The notes beneath the pieces were generated by a model that saw nothing but the letters and a program-made list of their open reading frames with translations, ran no database searches and was not told the DNA's origin. The translations under genes were made by a program, and so were the position numbers. From Actinomycetes bacterium (GTDB taxonomy: Bacteria > Actinomycetota > Acidimicrobiia > Acidimicrobiales > JAMCQF01), in NCBI GenBank assembly GCA_021851885.1, contig JAJZBS010000002.1:3162-67161 (forward strand): DNA of 64,000 bases, given 5' to 3'. Each line of letters starts with the position of its first letter. Positions within the stretch are counted from its first letter, which is position 1. Positions 17,395-25,872 of the stretch are shown in pieces.

Positions 17395-18951
17395 ATGCTG
17401 GTGAGCGACATCGTGAGGCGAAACGCCGAGTTCTTCGGAGACTGTGAGGCGGTGGTGGTGCCGGGATCACGGGTGACCCGATGGGCCGACCTCGACCGCC
17501 GCACCAACCAGCTGGCCCATGCGTTCGCAGACCTCGGCATTGCCAAGGGCGACCGGGTCGCTATGTTCGCCCCGAACTGCGGCGAGTACATCGATTTCTT
17601 CTTCGCTTGTGCCAAGGCCGGCACGATCGGTGCCGCCACCAACATCCGACTGTCGGGCAAGGAACTGGTGCACTACCTGCGCTATGTCGAGCCGGCTGCG
17701 ATCATCGTGCATGCCGACGTCGCCGGCCAGGCCCGTGAGTGGCTGGGTGAGCTCGGCCCGGGGACCCGGGTCGTGGGGGCAGGCGACGGGCACGGTTTCG
17801 ACACCGATCTCGAGGACCTGATCGCTGCGGCAGCGGACAGCGACCCTGGCGTCGCCGTTGACGACACCGACATCTACCAGCTCGGGGCCACCAGCGGGAC
17901 GACCGGGGTCCCCAAGGGTGCCATCCTCACCCATCGCAATGCCTTGGCCGCGATGATGAACTGGTTGGGGGAGATGCCCATACGCGAAGGGGGCACCAAC
18001 CTCCAGAACATCCCGCTCTTCTTCAACCCGGGTGGGCCGGCCGGCCTGCACCCGGCGCTGATGAAGGGTGGAAGGACGGTGCTGTTCCCGTCGTTCGCCC
18101 CTCGCACCTTCCTGGCGGCTATTCCCGAGTACGGCGTGACCCACTCGATCCTGGTGCCCACCATGATCCAGATGGTCCTGGCCGAACCGGACTGCGACTC
18201 GTTCGACCTGTCGACCCTGCAGGCGGTGAGCACCGGCGGGTCGCCGTTGCCGCGAGCCATGCTCGAACGGGCGCGCCAGGTCTTCGGCGACGTGTTCTTC
18301 CCCCAGTACGGGATGGCGGAGACCTACTCGTGCGGGCTGATGCTGCGCCCGGAGAACCAGTTCACATCGGGCACCGAGGCGCAGGTGCGGCACCTGGGGT
18401 CGGCCGGAAAGCCGACGCTGCTCATGTCCGTGCGGATCGTCGGCGACGACGGTGCGGACGTCCCTCACGACAACGAGACGCCCGGCGAGATCTGGATGCG
18501 GGGTGACACCGTGTCCCCCGGCTACTTCAACATGCCCGAGGAGACCGAGGTCTCGCGTTCGGACGGCTGGTTCAAGTCCGGCGATATTGCCGTGGTGGAC
18601 GACGAGGGCTTCGTGACCATCGTCGATCGGGCCAAGGACATGATCATCACCGGCGGCATCAACGTCTTCAGCTCGGAGGTCGAATCGGCCCTGATCGAGC
18701 ATCCCGACGTCCAGTCGGTCGCCGTCATCGGTATCCCCCACGAGCAGTGGGGAGAGGCGATCCACGCGCTGGTGGTGCCGGCGCCAGGCCGGTCGATCGA
18801 TGAGGACGAGGTCCTCCGCTTCGCCGCTGACCGCCTGACCCGATACAAGCGGCCGCGCTCGATCGAGGTGGTGGACACCCTCCCGCTGTCAGCGACCGGC
18901 AAAGTACTGAAGAAGGAGCTGCGGGCCAGGTATGTGGCTCCTGCGCGTTGA
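17395..18951 (+). CDS. Acyl-CoA synthetase (AMP-forming, FadD-like)
   Basis: Starts MLVSDIVRRNAEFFGD and has TSGTTGVPKG. GGAGG lies 6 nt before the ATG. Paralogous to 46338-47888. Confidence 0.9.
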   Translation: MLVSDIVRRNAEFFGDCEAVVVPGSRVTRWADLDRRTNQLAHAFADLGIAKGDRVAMFAPNCGEYIDFFFACAKAGTIGAATNIRLSGKELVHYLRYVEPAAIIVHADVAGQAREWLGELGPGTRVVGAGDGHGFDTDLEDLIAAAADSDPGVAVDDTDIYQLGATSGTTGVPKGAILTHRNALAAMMNWLGEMPIREGGTNLQNIPLFFNPGGPAGLHPALMKGGRTVLFPSFAPRTFLAAIPEYGVTHSILVPTMIQMVLAEPDCDSFDLSTLQAVSTGGSPLPRAMLERARQVFGDVFFPQYGMAETYSCGLMLRPENQFTSGTEAQVRHLGSAGKPTLLMSVRIVGDDGADVPHDNETPGEIWMRGDTVSPGYFNMPEETEVSRSDGWFKSGDIAVVDDEGFVTIVDRAKDMIITGGINVFSSEVESALIEHPDVQSVAVIGIPHEQWGEAIHALVVPAPGRSIDEDEVLRFAADRLTRYKRPRSIEVVDTLPLSATGKVLKKELRARYVAPAR

Positions 18952-19009
18952 GGGAGTCCCCAGGCCGAAGTTTGTGGGCACCGGTTCCGGCCCTGGCGAT
19001 CGCGCCAGC

Positions 19010-19725
19010 CGCCGACGGTCGAGGACTGGCGGGACCGGGCGTGCCGCCAGGTTCCGGACATGGTGTGGGCGTACATCGAGAACGGTGCCGACGCCGAGTG
19101 CGCCGTCGTGAGGAATGAGCGGGCCTTCGACGGGTGGTGCCTGCGCTGGAGGGTGTTCCGGACGGCAACCGCCTCCGCGAACGACGGATCGGCATGGCCG
19201 TCCCGCCCATCGTGACGCCGGCCGGCCAGGGCAGCGCCGTCGTGCGGCCGGCCTGGTGCTGGGGGTTCGTGCACCACCGGCGGACATGGACTGGGGCGAC
19301 CTGGCCTGGACCCGTCAACAGTAGGAGGGTCCGTTGTGTGCCAAGGGCATCCTGGACGCCGATGACGCGCAGCAATCAGTGGAAGCGGGGGCTCAGGGGA
19401 TGGTGGTCTCGAACCACGGTGGCCGCCAGCTCGCCGGCGGCCACCCGACCCTCCTCGCCCTGCAACAGGTGGTTGCCCGTGTGGGTGACCGGGCGGAGGT
19501 GCTGCTCGACGGCGGCATGCGTTCCGCCCACGACGTGATCGTGGCATTGGCTTGGGCGAACGTGCCTACCTGATCGGCCGGCTGCTGGTTTACGGCCTGG
19601 GTGGAGGCGGCACCGCCGGTGTCGCCGCCGTGCTCGAGGTCCTCCGGACGGAGCTCGTGAGCAACCTGGCCCTGATGGGGGTGGAGAGGGTCGCCGACCT
19701 CGACCGCAACCCGGCGGTGCACCTG
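19010..19725 (+). pseudogene. FMN-dependent alpha-hydroxy-acid dehydrogenase (LldD/glycolate-oxidase-like) pseudogene
   Basis: The N-terminal-like piece TVEDWRDRA.RQVPDMVWAYIENGADAECAVVRNERAFDGW is followed by stops and frame changes. Then comes KGILDADDAQQSVEAGAQGMVVSNHGGRQL...LLDGGMRSAHDVIVALA (19334-19560). The tail YLIGRLLVYGLGGGGTAGVAAVLEVLRTELVSNLALMG is in another frame. The middle of the barrel is missing. Confidence 0.7.
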
Positions 19726-19844
19726 TGGAGCTTCCGGACCGGACGTCGAGGCGGGGGCGGCCGACGCCGCACGGGGAACCGGTCCGGAGGTATGCGAGGA
19801 ACTGATCCGGAGCCAAACGGATCGACCTTGGTAACGACAGCGCC

Positions 19845-20402
19845 TCAGGGGCTGGGCTCCCCGTTGCCGCGTTGGCCGTTACCAGCGAGCACCACGTCGA
19901 GGGTGACGCCGGCCGGCATGGGGTAGGGCCCGTTGGCCTGGGCGATCTGGACGAGTGTCCCGTGAGCGGCCCGGGGGTGGATGAACACCTCACGCCAGTA
20001 GGGGTCATCCAGGTACAGGCCGGTCAGCGTCATTCCCTGCCGGCGGGCCGTCGCCACCGCCGCCTCGATGTCGTCCACCTTGAAGGTGACGTGGTGTAGG
20101 CCACCGGCGCCGCGGGTGGCGAAGAAGGAGTCCAGGAACGTCGATCCGCTGAGGGGCTCCATGAGCTCGATGCGGGAGTTGTCGCCGAACTGGAGCTGGA
20201 TGGCTCGGTACCCCACCCGAGGGTTGTCACCGCCATCGAGGAACGAGCCGCCGAGCAGGTCATGGTAGATGGGGAGCAGGTCGCGGATGCGGCGTGCGGC
20301 GACCGCTGCGTGGTCGAAGACCGCGTGGAAGGGGGTCAGCGCCGCTGGTGGTTCCGGACCCGGTGACAGGTCACCGGGCGGTGGGCCGGGGTTGGTCGTC
20401 AC
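19845..20402 (-). CDS. VOC (glyoxalase/methylmalonyl-CoA-epimerase-like) family protein
   Basis: FDHAAVAARRIRDLLPIYHDLLGG...IELMEPL...GGLHHVTFKVDDIEAA is a VOC pattern. AGGAG lies 5 nt before the GTG start. Confidence 0.75.
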   Translation of the reverse strand: MTTNPGPPPGDLSPGPEPPAALTPFHAVFDHAAVAARRIRDLLPIYHDLLGGSFLDGGDNPRVGYRAIQLQFGDNSRIELMEPLSGSTFLDSFFATRGAGGLHHVTFKVDDIEAAVATARRQGMTLTGLYLDDPYWREVFIHPRAAHGTLVQIAQANGPYPMPAGVTLDVVLAGNGQRGNGEPSP

Positions 20403-20490
20403 TTCAGCTCCTGTCCTTGGTCATGGCCATCGGGAGATGGGGGGTGACGGCGTCGCGCCCGAACCAAGCCGCGTCCCCCATCTATCAACT

Positions 20491-20505
20491 TAACGTTTGA
20501 CGTAC
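20491..20505. promoter_or_regulatory. Dyad operator site O3
   Basis: TAACGTTTGACGTAC with a perfect ACGT-N3-ACGT core. ATCTATCA lies just 5' (TGATAGAT on the minus strand, an extended -10-like element facing the VOC gene), and ACGTACGAT faces the plus strand. Confidence 0.55.
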
Positions 20506-20789
20506 GATGAGCATACCGGCATTACCAAGGATCATGAGGGGGAGAACATGGATCCGTTCGTAGGGATGGTTCCGGGCGCCGCTCCGCGAATCGCGCACAC
20601 AGGTGAAGCTCCTGCCGACGCCCGCATGCGGGGCATCGAGTCGATTGCTGGTGGAATGGCAACCTCCGACGCGGCCGGGTCCGGTCGGAGGCGCTGACCG
20701 CGATGGAGTCTCGCGGCCCCTCCGTCGGGTCGTCGGGCCAGGTCGTCGGGCGGCCGACAGCTGCCGTTCGGCGCAACCAACGAGTCCTA

Positions 20790-21523
20790 CGACCTGGGGT
20801 ACAGGTTCGCACACCAGGACCTGGAGCCCGTTGTTTCGCAGTCGATCCTGGGCAACCTCTCTTACGCCAGCGGGTTTCCCACGCGAAAGGGGACGATCAG
20901 GGGAAAGGCCGCGATGTCGGAAGCGGTGTCCGCCCTCGTGCAGGTCGGGCTGGAACTGGATCCGAGGATCAAGGTGTCGAGCCTCGGCGCGGCAAGGCAG
21001 ACGGCTGTTGTCGTCGACCGTGCCATCGGCCGAGACAGCAGCCACCCGGTGCGAGCTCGTCCCCATCGCGCAGCACCGGCGCGCCCGTGAGTCGATCAGT
21101 GCTGCTCGCACGGCCGGAAATCGAGCCTCCGGCACCCATTGACTCGCCGAGCTCCTTCAGAGATGACCTTGCCATCGCGACGGGGATGGCCCTGCTGCCG
21201 GCCGATCGGAAGATTCACGGCGGCAACCGGCAGAAGAACCTGTTCGGAATGTGGCTGAGGATCGAGCTCGGCACCCTCCTCCTTGACGAACCCACACAGG
21301 GGGTGAACCCACACAGGGGGTGGACGTCGGGGCGAAAGCAGAGCTCCAGCGCCAGCTCCTCGCGCTTGTCGCCGAAGGTACCGCCGCCGCCGCCGCTTCT
21401 TCGACGGACGTGGACGAGCTGGTCGCAGGCTGCGACAGGGTCCTGGTGTTCCGGGCGGGGAAGACCGCCGCGGAACTCGGAGGAGACGACATCACGCCCG
21501 GCAATGTCGGCTCGTACCACTGA
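20790..21523 (+). pseudogene. Sugar-type ABC transporter ATPase pseudogene (decayed paralog of 24262-25872)
   Basis: YRFAHQDLEPVVSQSILGNLSY...VQVGLELDPRIKVSSLGAARQTAVVVDRAIG matches CRFVHQDLGLVDSSSILDNLFF...AQVGLDVDPRRLVATLSPAQRTAVAVARAL in the intact copy. The sequence then jumps to QKNLFGMWLRIELGTLLLDEPTQGV / VDVGAKAELQRQLL...DVDELVAGCDRVLVFRAGK. Frame changes, a large internal deletion and a 17-bp duplication are present. Confidence 0.8.
21288..21321. repeat. Perfect 17-bp tandem duplication (gaacccacacagggggt x2)
   Basis: Copies at 21288-21304 and 21305-21321 lie inside the Walker-B (LLLDEPTQGV) region of the ABC pseudogene. The intact paralog has a single copy of the equivalent sequence. 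The duplication shifts the frame. Confidence 0.9.
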
Positions 21524-21647
21524 GGGAGTCGCCTTTCGGGGCGGTGCACCACCTACGGTGGACTCGGCAGGATCTCCTTCGTCGACCTCCCGCCTCGGTG
21601 GCGCGTACCCCGATGCCGACCTGGAGCTGTGGCCATGATCTATCAGT

Positions 21648-21662
21648 TGACGTTGGGCGTCA
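21648..21662. promoter_or_regulatory. Dyad operator site O4 with sigma70-like promoter
   Basis: TGACGTTGGGCGTCA has one core mismatch. TTGACG (21647) is followed after 18 nt by TATATT (21671). ATCTATCA lies just 5'. Confidence 0.5.
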
Positions 21663-21809
21663 AATATCTATATATTCCGGACAGCCCACGCGTACGTCGC
21701 ATGCCGGGAGATGGTGTCGGCGGCGCGTTGGCATGGCAGTACGGAGCCGGTACGTGTTCCGGGGGGAGGTCCATGCCACCTTCCGGTCCGTCGATGGAGG
21801 AGGAGGCCC

Positions 21810-22835
21810 ATGGCCGACGTCAATCGCACCTGGGTGCTGGCCCGGCGGCCGCACGGGACCGACTTCACGGGAGCCCTGGAGTTGTCGGACGGCGTTGTTC
21901 CCGAGCTTGCCGAGGGTGAGGTTCTGGTCCGCAACGCACTGCTGTCACTCGATGCGGGCACGCGCATGTGGATGAACCCCCGCGAGGACTCGTACTCGCC
22001 GCCTACGCCTCTCGGCTCACCGGTGATCGGCATGGTCCTCGGCACCGTGGTGGCCTCGCGCCACCCTGACTTCCGCCAGGGTGACCTGGTCCGGGCGTAC
22101 GGGCAGTGGTCCGACTACTCGGTCTGCCAGCCGGACGTCGCCTATGCGGAGCGGCTCAGCTGGCGGCTGGATGATCTGCGCCAGTACCTGGCCGTGTTCG
22201 GGCCGAACGGTTGGACCGCCTACCTGGGGGTGCTCGAGTACACGCAGACCAAGCCGGGGGACACGTTCGTGGTGTCGGCCGCCTCCGGTGTGACCGGGGC
22301 CCTCGCCGGCCAGATCGCCAAGCAGCACGGGTGCCGTGTGGTGGGGATAACCGGCTCAGCGGCGAAGTGCGCGTGGATCGTCGACGAGCTCGGCTTCGAC
22401 GCGGCGATCGACTACAGGAGCGAGGACGTGTCGGAAGCCCTGGCCAGGTTGTGCCCCGAGGGCATCGATGTGTACTTCGACAACGTCGGTGGGGACATCC
22501 TCGACGCGGCCATGGCCAACATGGCCCTGTTCGGACGGGTGGGGATCTGTGGGCTGATCGTCAACTACGACAAGGACGAACCGATTCCGGGGCCGTACAA
22601 GTTCGACCAGATCCTGATGAAGCGGCTGACGCTCGTCGGGTTCTTCTCCCCGGACTTCTATCACCGTGGCCCGGACGTCGACCGAAAGATGCGGCCCTGG
22701 TATGAAGCGGGCAAGCTGAAGATGGAGTTCGACGTCACCGAAGGCTTGGAGAACACGCTCGATGCGTACGCCAAGCTCTTCAACAGCGCCAAGGTGGGCA
22801 AGTCTCTGGTGCAGCTGGAGGAGCTGCGCCCCTGA
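21810..22835 (+). CDS. NADP-dependent oxidoreductase (MDR family, YncB/prostaglandin-reductase-like)
   Basis: Starts MADVNRTWVLARRPHG..., with VSAASGVTGALAGQIAKQHGCRVVGITGS. GGAGGAGGAGG precedes the ATG. Confidence 0.8.
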   Translation: MADVNRTWVLARRPHGTDFTGALELSDGVVPELAEGEVLVRNALLSLDAGTRMWMNPREDSYSPPTPLGSPVIGMVLGTVVASRHPDFRQGDLVRAYGQWSDYSVCQPDVAYAERLSWRLDDLRQYLAVFGPNGWTAYLGVLEYTQTKPGDTFVVSAASGVTGALAGQIAKQHGCRVVGITGSAAKCAWIVDELGFDAAIDYRSEDVSEALARLCPEGIDVYFDNVGGDILDAAMANMALFGRVGICGLIVNYDKDEPIPGPYKFDQILMKRLTLVGFFSPDFYHRGPDVDRKMRPWYEAGKLKMEFDVTEGLENTLDAYAKLFNSAKVGKSLVQLEELRP

Positions 22836-22919
22836 GGGCCTGGCACCCGCTGGAGTGCCCATGGCGCGCCTGGCGCCCAGGTCACCTGTGCGCCAGTGTC
22901 GCTTACGCAGAAGAAATTT

Positions 22920-22941
22920 AACGCTTGACGTTTGACGCGGT
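22920..22941. promoter_or_regulatory. Dyad operator site O5 (two overlapping sites offset by 7 nt)
   Basis: In TAACGCTTGACGTTTGACGCGG, each site has one ACGC variant. TTGACG (22926) is followed after 18 nt by TACGAT (22950). It lies upstream of the ABC importer operon. Confidence 0.5.
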
Positions 22942-23131
22942 AGATGCATACGATACGGCCGATGAAGGGTAGGGAGGGGGCGATGTGCGCCAGAGCCGCC
23001 GTTCACATCAGCCGGGCTACCGGCTCGGCGTGACGGATCCCGAACACGCCCCATCTCCACGTCGGCTGGGACATCGTTCATCGCTGTTCCGCCGCCGGCA
23101 TCACTCCACTCGCGACTACCCAGGGGGTTCA

Positions 23132-24286
23132 ATGCGAACTAACAAGCCATCCAACTCGATCAAGCTCGTGGGGGTGATGCTGGCCGCCGCTGTCACGCTC
23201 GCGGCATGCAGCTCGTCGTCGAGCTCCACGAGCACGACGGCGGGATCGTCGTCTGGCACCACCTCGGGCGGGTCCTCCAACAGTGAGGTCGCCAAGGCCC
23301 AGGCCTTCGTCAAGAAGTACGAGCAGGTGCCGACTGGCATCCCGACCACCACTCCGCTCAAGACGAAGCCGCCGACCGGCAAGACGATCGTGTTCATGCA
23401 CTGCACGGACGTCAGCCAGTGCACTGACATCGGCACCGGCCTGCAAGCGGCGACGGCGGCCGTCGGCTGGACCCTGAAGCAGATCGACTACCAGTCGGCC
23501 AACCCTGCCACTCTTGTCTCCGCGCTGCAGCAGGGCCTGCAGTACCACCCGGTCGCTGCCATCCTCACCGGCCTGCCCAGCGCCGCGTGGGCGAGCGAGC
23601 TCGCCGCCTACCAGAAGGCGGGCGTCCCCATCATCGAGGGCTACACCGCTGACCCGCTGGGGAACGGGATCATCGCCAACGTCGGCGGCACCCCCTACAC
23701 CACCCTGGTCGGCCAGATCATCGCCAACTGGGTGATCGCCGACTCCAACGGCAAGGCGAACATCGTCTCGTACCAGGTGCCCGACTTCCCGGTGCTCGCC
23801 GCCTTCGACAAGGGCTTCACCGACACGATCAACAGCGGTTGCTCGGCCTGCAAGATCACCGTGGTCACGGGGACCATTGCCCAGGCCACCAGCGGCCAGG
23901 GTCCCAGCCAGATCGTCTCGGCTTTGCAGCGCGACCCGTCGGCGGGCTACGTGGTGACGGACGACGCCACGTGGATCGACGGCCTGCCCTCGGCCCTCAG
24001 CGCCGCCGGCCTGCACGTCAAGGTCGCCGGTGAGAGCGGCGACGTCCAGGCCCTGACGGCCGTCAAGAGCGGTACGGAGAGCGCCTTCACCGGCCTGGCC
24101 ACCATCCCCGGTGCCTGGACCATGCTCGACGCCGCCCTGCGCTACGTCGAGGGGATGCCGGTCCCGGCAGAGGACGCCCAGTTGCCGGTGCAGTTGCTGA
24201 CGGCGGGCGTACCGTTCACGGTGTCCAACTCCTACAACCTTCCGTCCAACTACCAGGAGCTGTGGAAGGCACTGTGGAAGGTGTGA
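23132..24286 (+). CDS. ABC transporter substrate-binding lipoprotein (periplasmic-binding-protein type I, sugar-type)
   Basis: Signal peptide with lipobox MRTNKPSNSIKLVGVMLAAAVTLAAC followed by a Ser/Thr linker. AGGGGG lies 4 nt before the ATG. Confidence 0.8.
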   Translation: MRTNKPSNSIKLVGVMLAAAVTLAACSSSSSSTSTTAGSSSGTTSGGSSNSEVAKAQAFVKKYEQVPTGIPTTTPLKTKPPTGKTIVFMHCTDVSQCTDIGTGLQAATAAVGWTLKQIDYQSANPATLVSALQQGLQYHPVAAILTGLPSAAWASELAAYQKAGVPIIEGYTADPLGNGIIANVGGTPYTTLVGQIIANWVIADSNGKANIVSYQVPDFPVLAAFDKGFTDTINSGCSACKITVVTGTIAQATSGQGPSQIVSALQRDPSAGYVVTDDATWIDGLPSALSAAGLHVKVAGESGDVQALTAVKSGTESAFTGLATIPGAWTMLDAALRYVEGMPVPAEDAQLPVQLLTAGVPFTVSNSYNLPSNYQELWKALWKV

Positions 24287-25872
24287 CCTCGCCTACGGGT
24301 GATTCGGAGCGGGGTGCGGCCAACGGGCCGCACCCCGCTCTCCACCTGCGCTCCGTCTCCAAGACGTTCGCCGGCACCCCCGCTCTCAGCGCCTTCGACC
24401 TGACCATCCTGCCTGGCGAGATCCACGCACTGGTCGGGGAGAACGGGTCCGGCAAGTCGACGATCATCAAGATCCTCGCCGGCTACCACCGTCCAGACCC
24501 GGGCGGTGAGGTGCTGGTGAGCGGGGAGCGGCTGGTATGGGGATCTGCGGAGTCGTCGGCCGCGCTCGGGTGCCGCTTCGTCCACCAGGACCTCGGCCTA
24601 GTGGACTCGTCGTCGATCCTCGACAACCTCTTCTTCGGCGGCGGGTTCACGTGCCGCTTCGGAATGGTCATGGACCGGGCGACCACAGCGGCGGCCCGCG
24701 ACCTATTGGCCCAGGTGGGCCTGGACGTCGATCCCCGGCGCCTTGTCGCCACACTGTCGCCGGCGCAGCGAACCGCCGTGGCGGTGGCACGTGCGCTCAA
24801 GGACACCACCAGGTCCGGCGCGGTCAAGCTCATGGTGTTCGACGAGCCGACGGCGACGCTGCCGGACAACGAGGTGCACCAGTTGCTCGCCACCATACGT
24901 GCCGTGGCGGCACGGGGCACCGGCGTCCTCTACGTGACCCATCGCCTCGACGAGATCTTCACCCTGGCCACCAACGTGACGGTCTTGCGCGACGGCAAGA
25001 AGGTCGCGACGGTGCCGGTCGCTTCCATCGACCGGCCGAAGCTGGTGCGCCTGCTGGTCGGCAGCGAGTTCGATGACGCGCACGCCGAATCCGTCGCGGC
25101 CCACACCGAGCATGGGCAACCGATCCTCGAGGTGGAGGGGCTGACCGCCCCGCGTATCGACGGCATCAGTTTCACCGCCCGGCCAGGAGACATCATCGGC
25201 ATTGCCGGCATCACTGGCTCCGGACGAGAGACGCTCCTCGGCACCATCTTCGGAGCGCACGCGCGTACCGGGGGGCACGTCACCATGAACGGAGTGGCGG
25301 TCAGATCGGCGCGGCCGGCGCAGGCAATGCGGTCCGGCATGGCGTACCTGCCCCCTGACCGCAAGATCAGCGGTGGTGTCATGACCCTGACCGCCCGGGA
25401 GAACATCTCCCTCTCGGGCGTCCGCATGTTCTGGCGGGCACCGTGGCTGCGTCGCCGCATGGAGCGCAACGAAGTCTGGTCGTGGTTCGAGCGGCTCGAG
25501 ATCCGGCCTCACCGGGTCGACGCCGACCTCGCCTCGTTCAGCGGCGGCAACCAACAGAAGATCCTGTTCGCAAAGTGGCTACGGCTCGGACCCAAGCTCT
25601 TCCTCCTGGACGAGCCGACCCAGGGGGTGGACGTGGGGGCGAAGGCCCAGTTGCACCACCAGCTCCTTGAGGCGGCCGCAAACGAGACCACTGTCATCCT
25701 CAGCTCCTCCGACGTGGACGAGCTGGTCGCAATTTGCCACCGGGTGCTCGTGCTTCGAAACGGACGCATCGTGGCTGATCTCAGCAAGGGCGACATCACC
25801 GCCGCCCGGATCTCGAGTGAGTCCCTGGGCGTCGGAGCGCCGACACGGGACCGGGAGGTAGCGGTCTCATGA
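24262..25872 (+). CDS. ABC transporter ATP-binding protein with two fused ABC domains (CUT2 type)
   Basis: Walker A GENGSGKST and GITGSGRE, signature-like SGGNQQK, Walker B LLLDEPTQG. An alternative GTG start at 24283 forms a GTGA overlap with the SBP stop. Confidence 0.9.
   Translation: MEGTVEGVTSPTGDSERGAANGPHPALHLRSVSKTFAGTPALSAFDLTILPGEIHALVGENGSGKSTIIKILAGYHRPDPGGEVLVSGERLVWGSAESSAALGCRFVHQDLGLVDSSSILDNLFFGGGFTCRFGMVMDRATTAAARDLLAQVGLDVDPRRLVATLSPAQRTAVAVARALKDTTRSGAVKLMVFDEPTATLPDNEVHQLLATIRAVAARGTGVLYVTHRLDEIFTLATNVTVLRDGKKVATVPVASIDRPKLVRLLVGSEFDDAHAESVAAHTEHGQPILEVEGLTAPRIDGISFTARPGDIIGIAGITGSGRETLLGTIFGAHARTGGHVTMNGVAVRSARPAQAMRSGMAYLPPDRKISGGVMTLTARENISLSGVRMFWRAPWLRRRMERNEVWSWFERLEIRPHRVDADLASFSGGNQQKILFAKWLRLGPKLFLLDEPTQGVDVGAKAQLHHQLLEAAANETTVILSSSDVDELVAICHRVLVLRNGRIVADLSKGDITAARISSESLGVGAPTRDREVAVS

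Noticed and set aside
21647-21652. Idea that the recurrent motif is just a -35 hexamer (TTGACG) of ordinary promoters.
   Set aside because: In many sites the dyad abuts or overlaps the -10-like hexamer (27960, 33906, 38853, 51895), which is incompatible with a -35 role. The two ACGT half-sites are symmetric at a fixed 7-nt offset. Only a subset (21647, 22926, 30612) can double as a -35.
22985-23131. In-frame 49-codon N-terminal extension of the ABC substrate-binding protein from GTG 22985.
   Set aside because: The extension is Arg/His-rich and not signal-peptide-like. A canonical lipoprotein signal (MRTNK...LAAC) with its own SD starts at ATG 23132.
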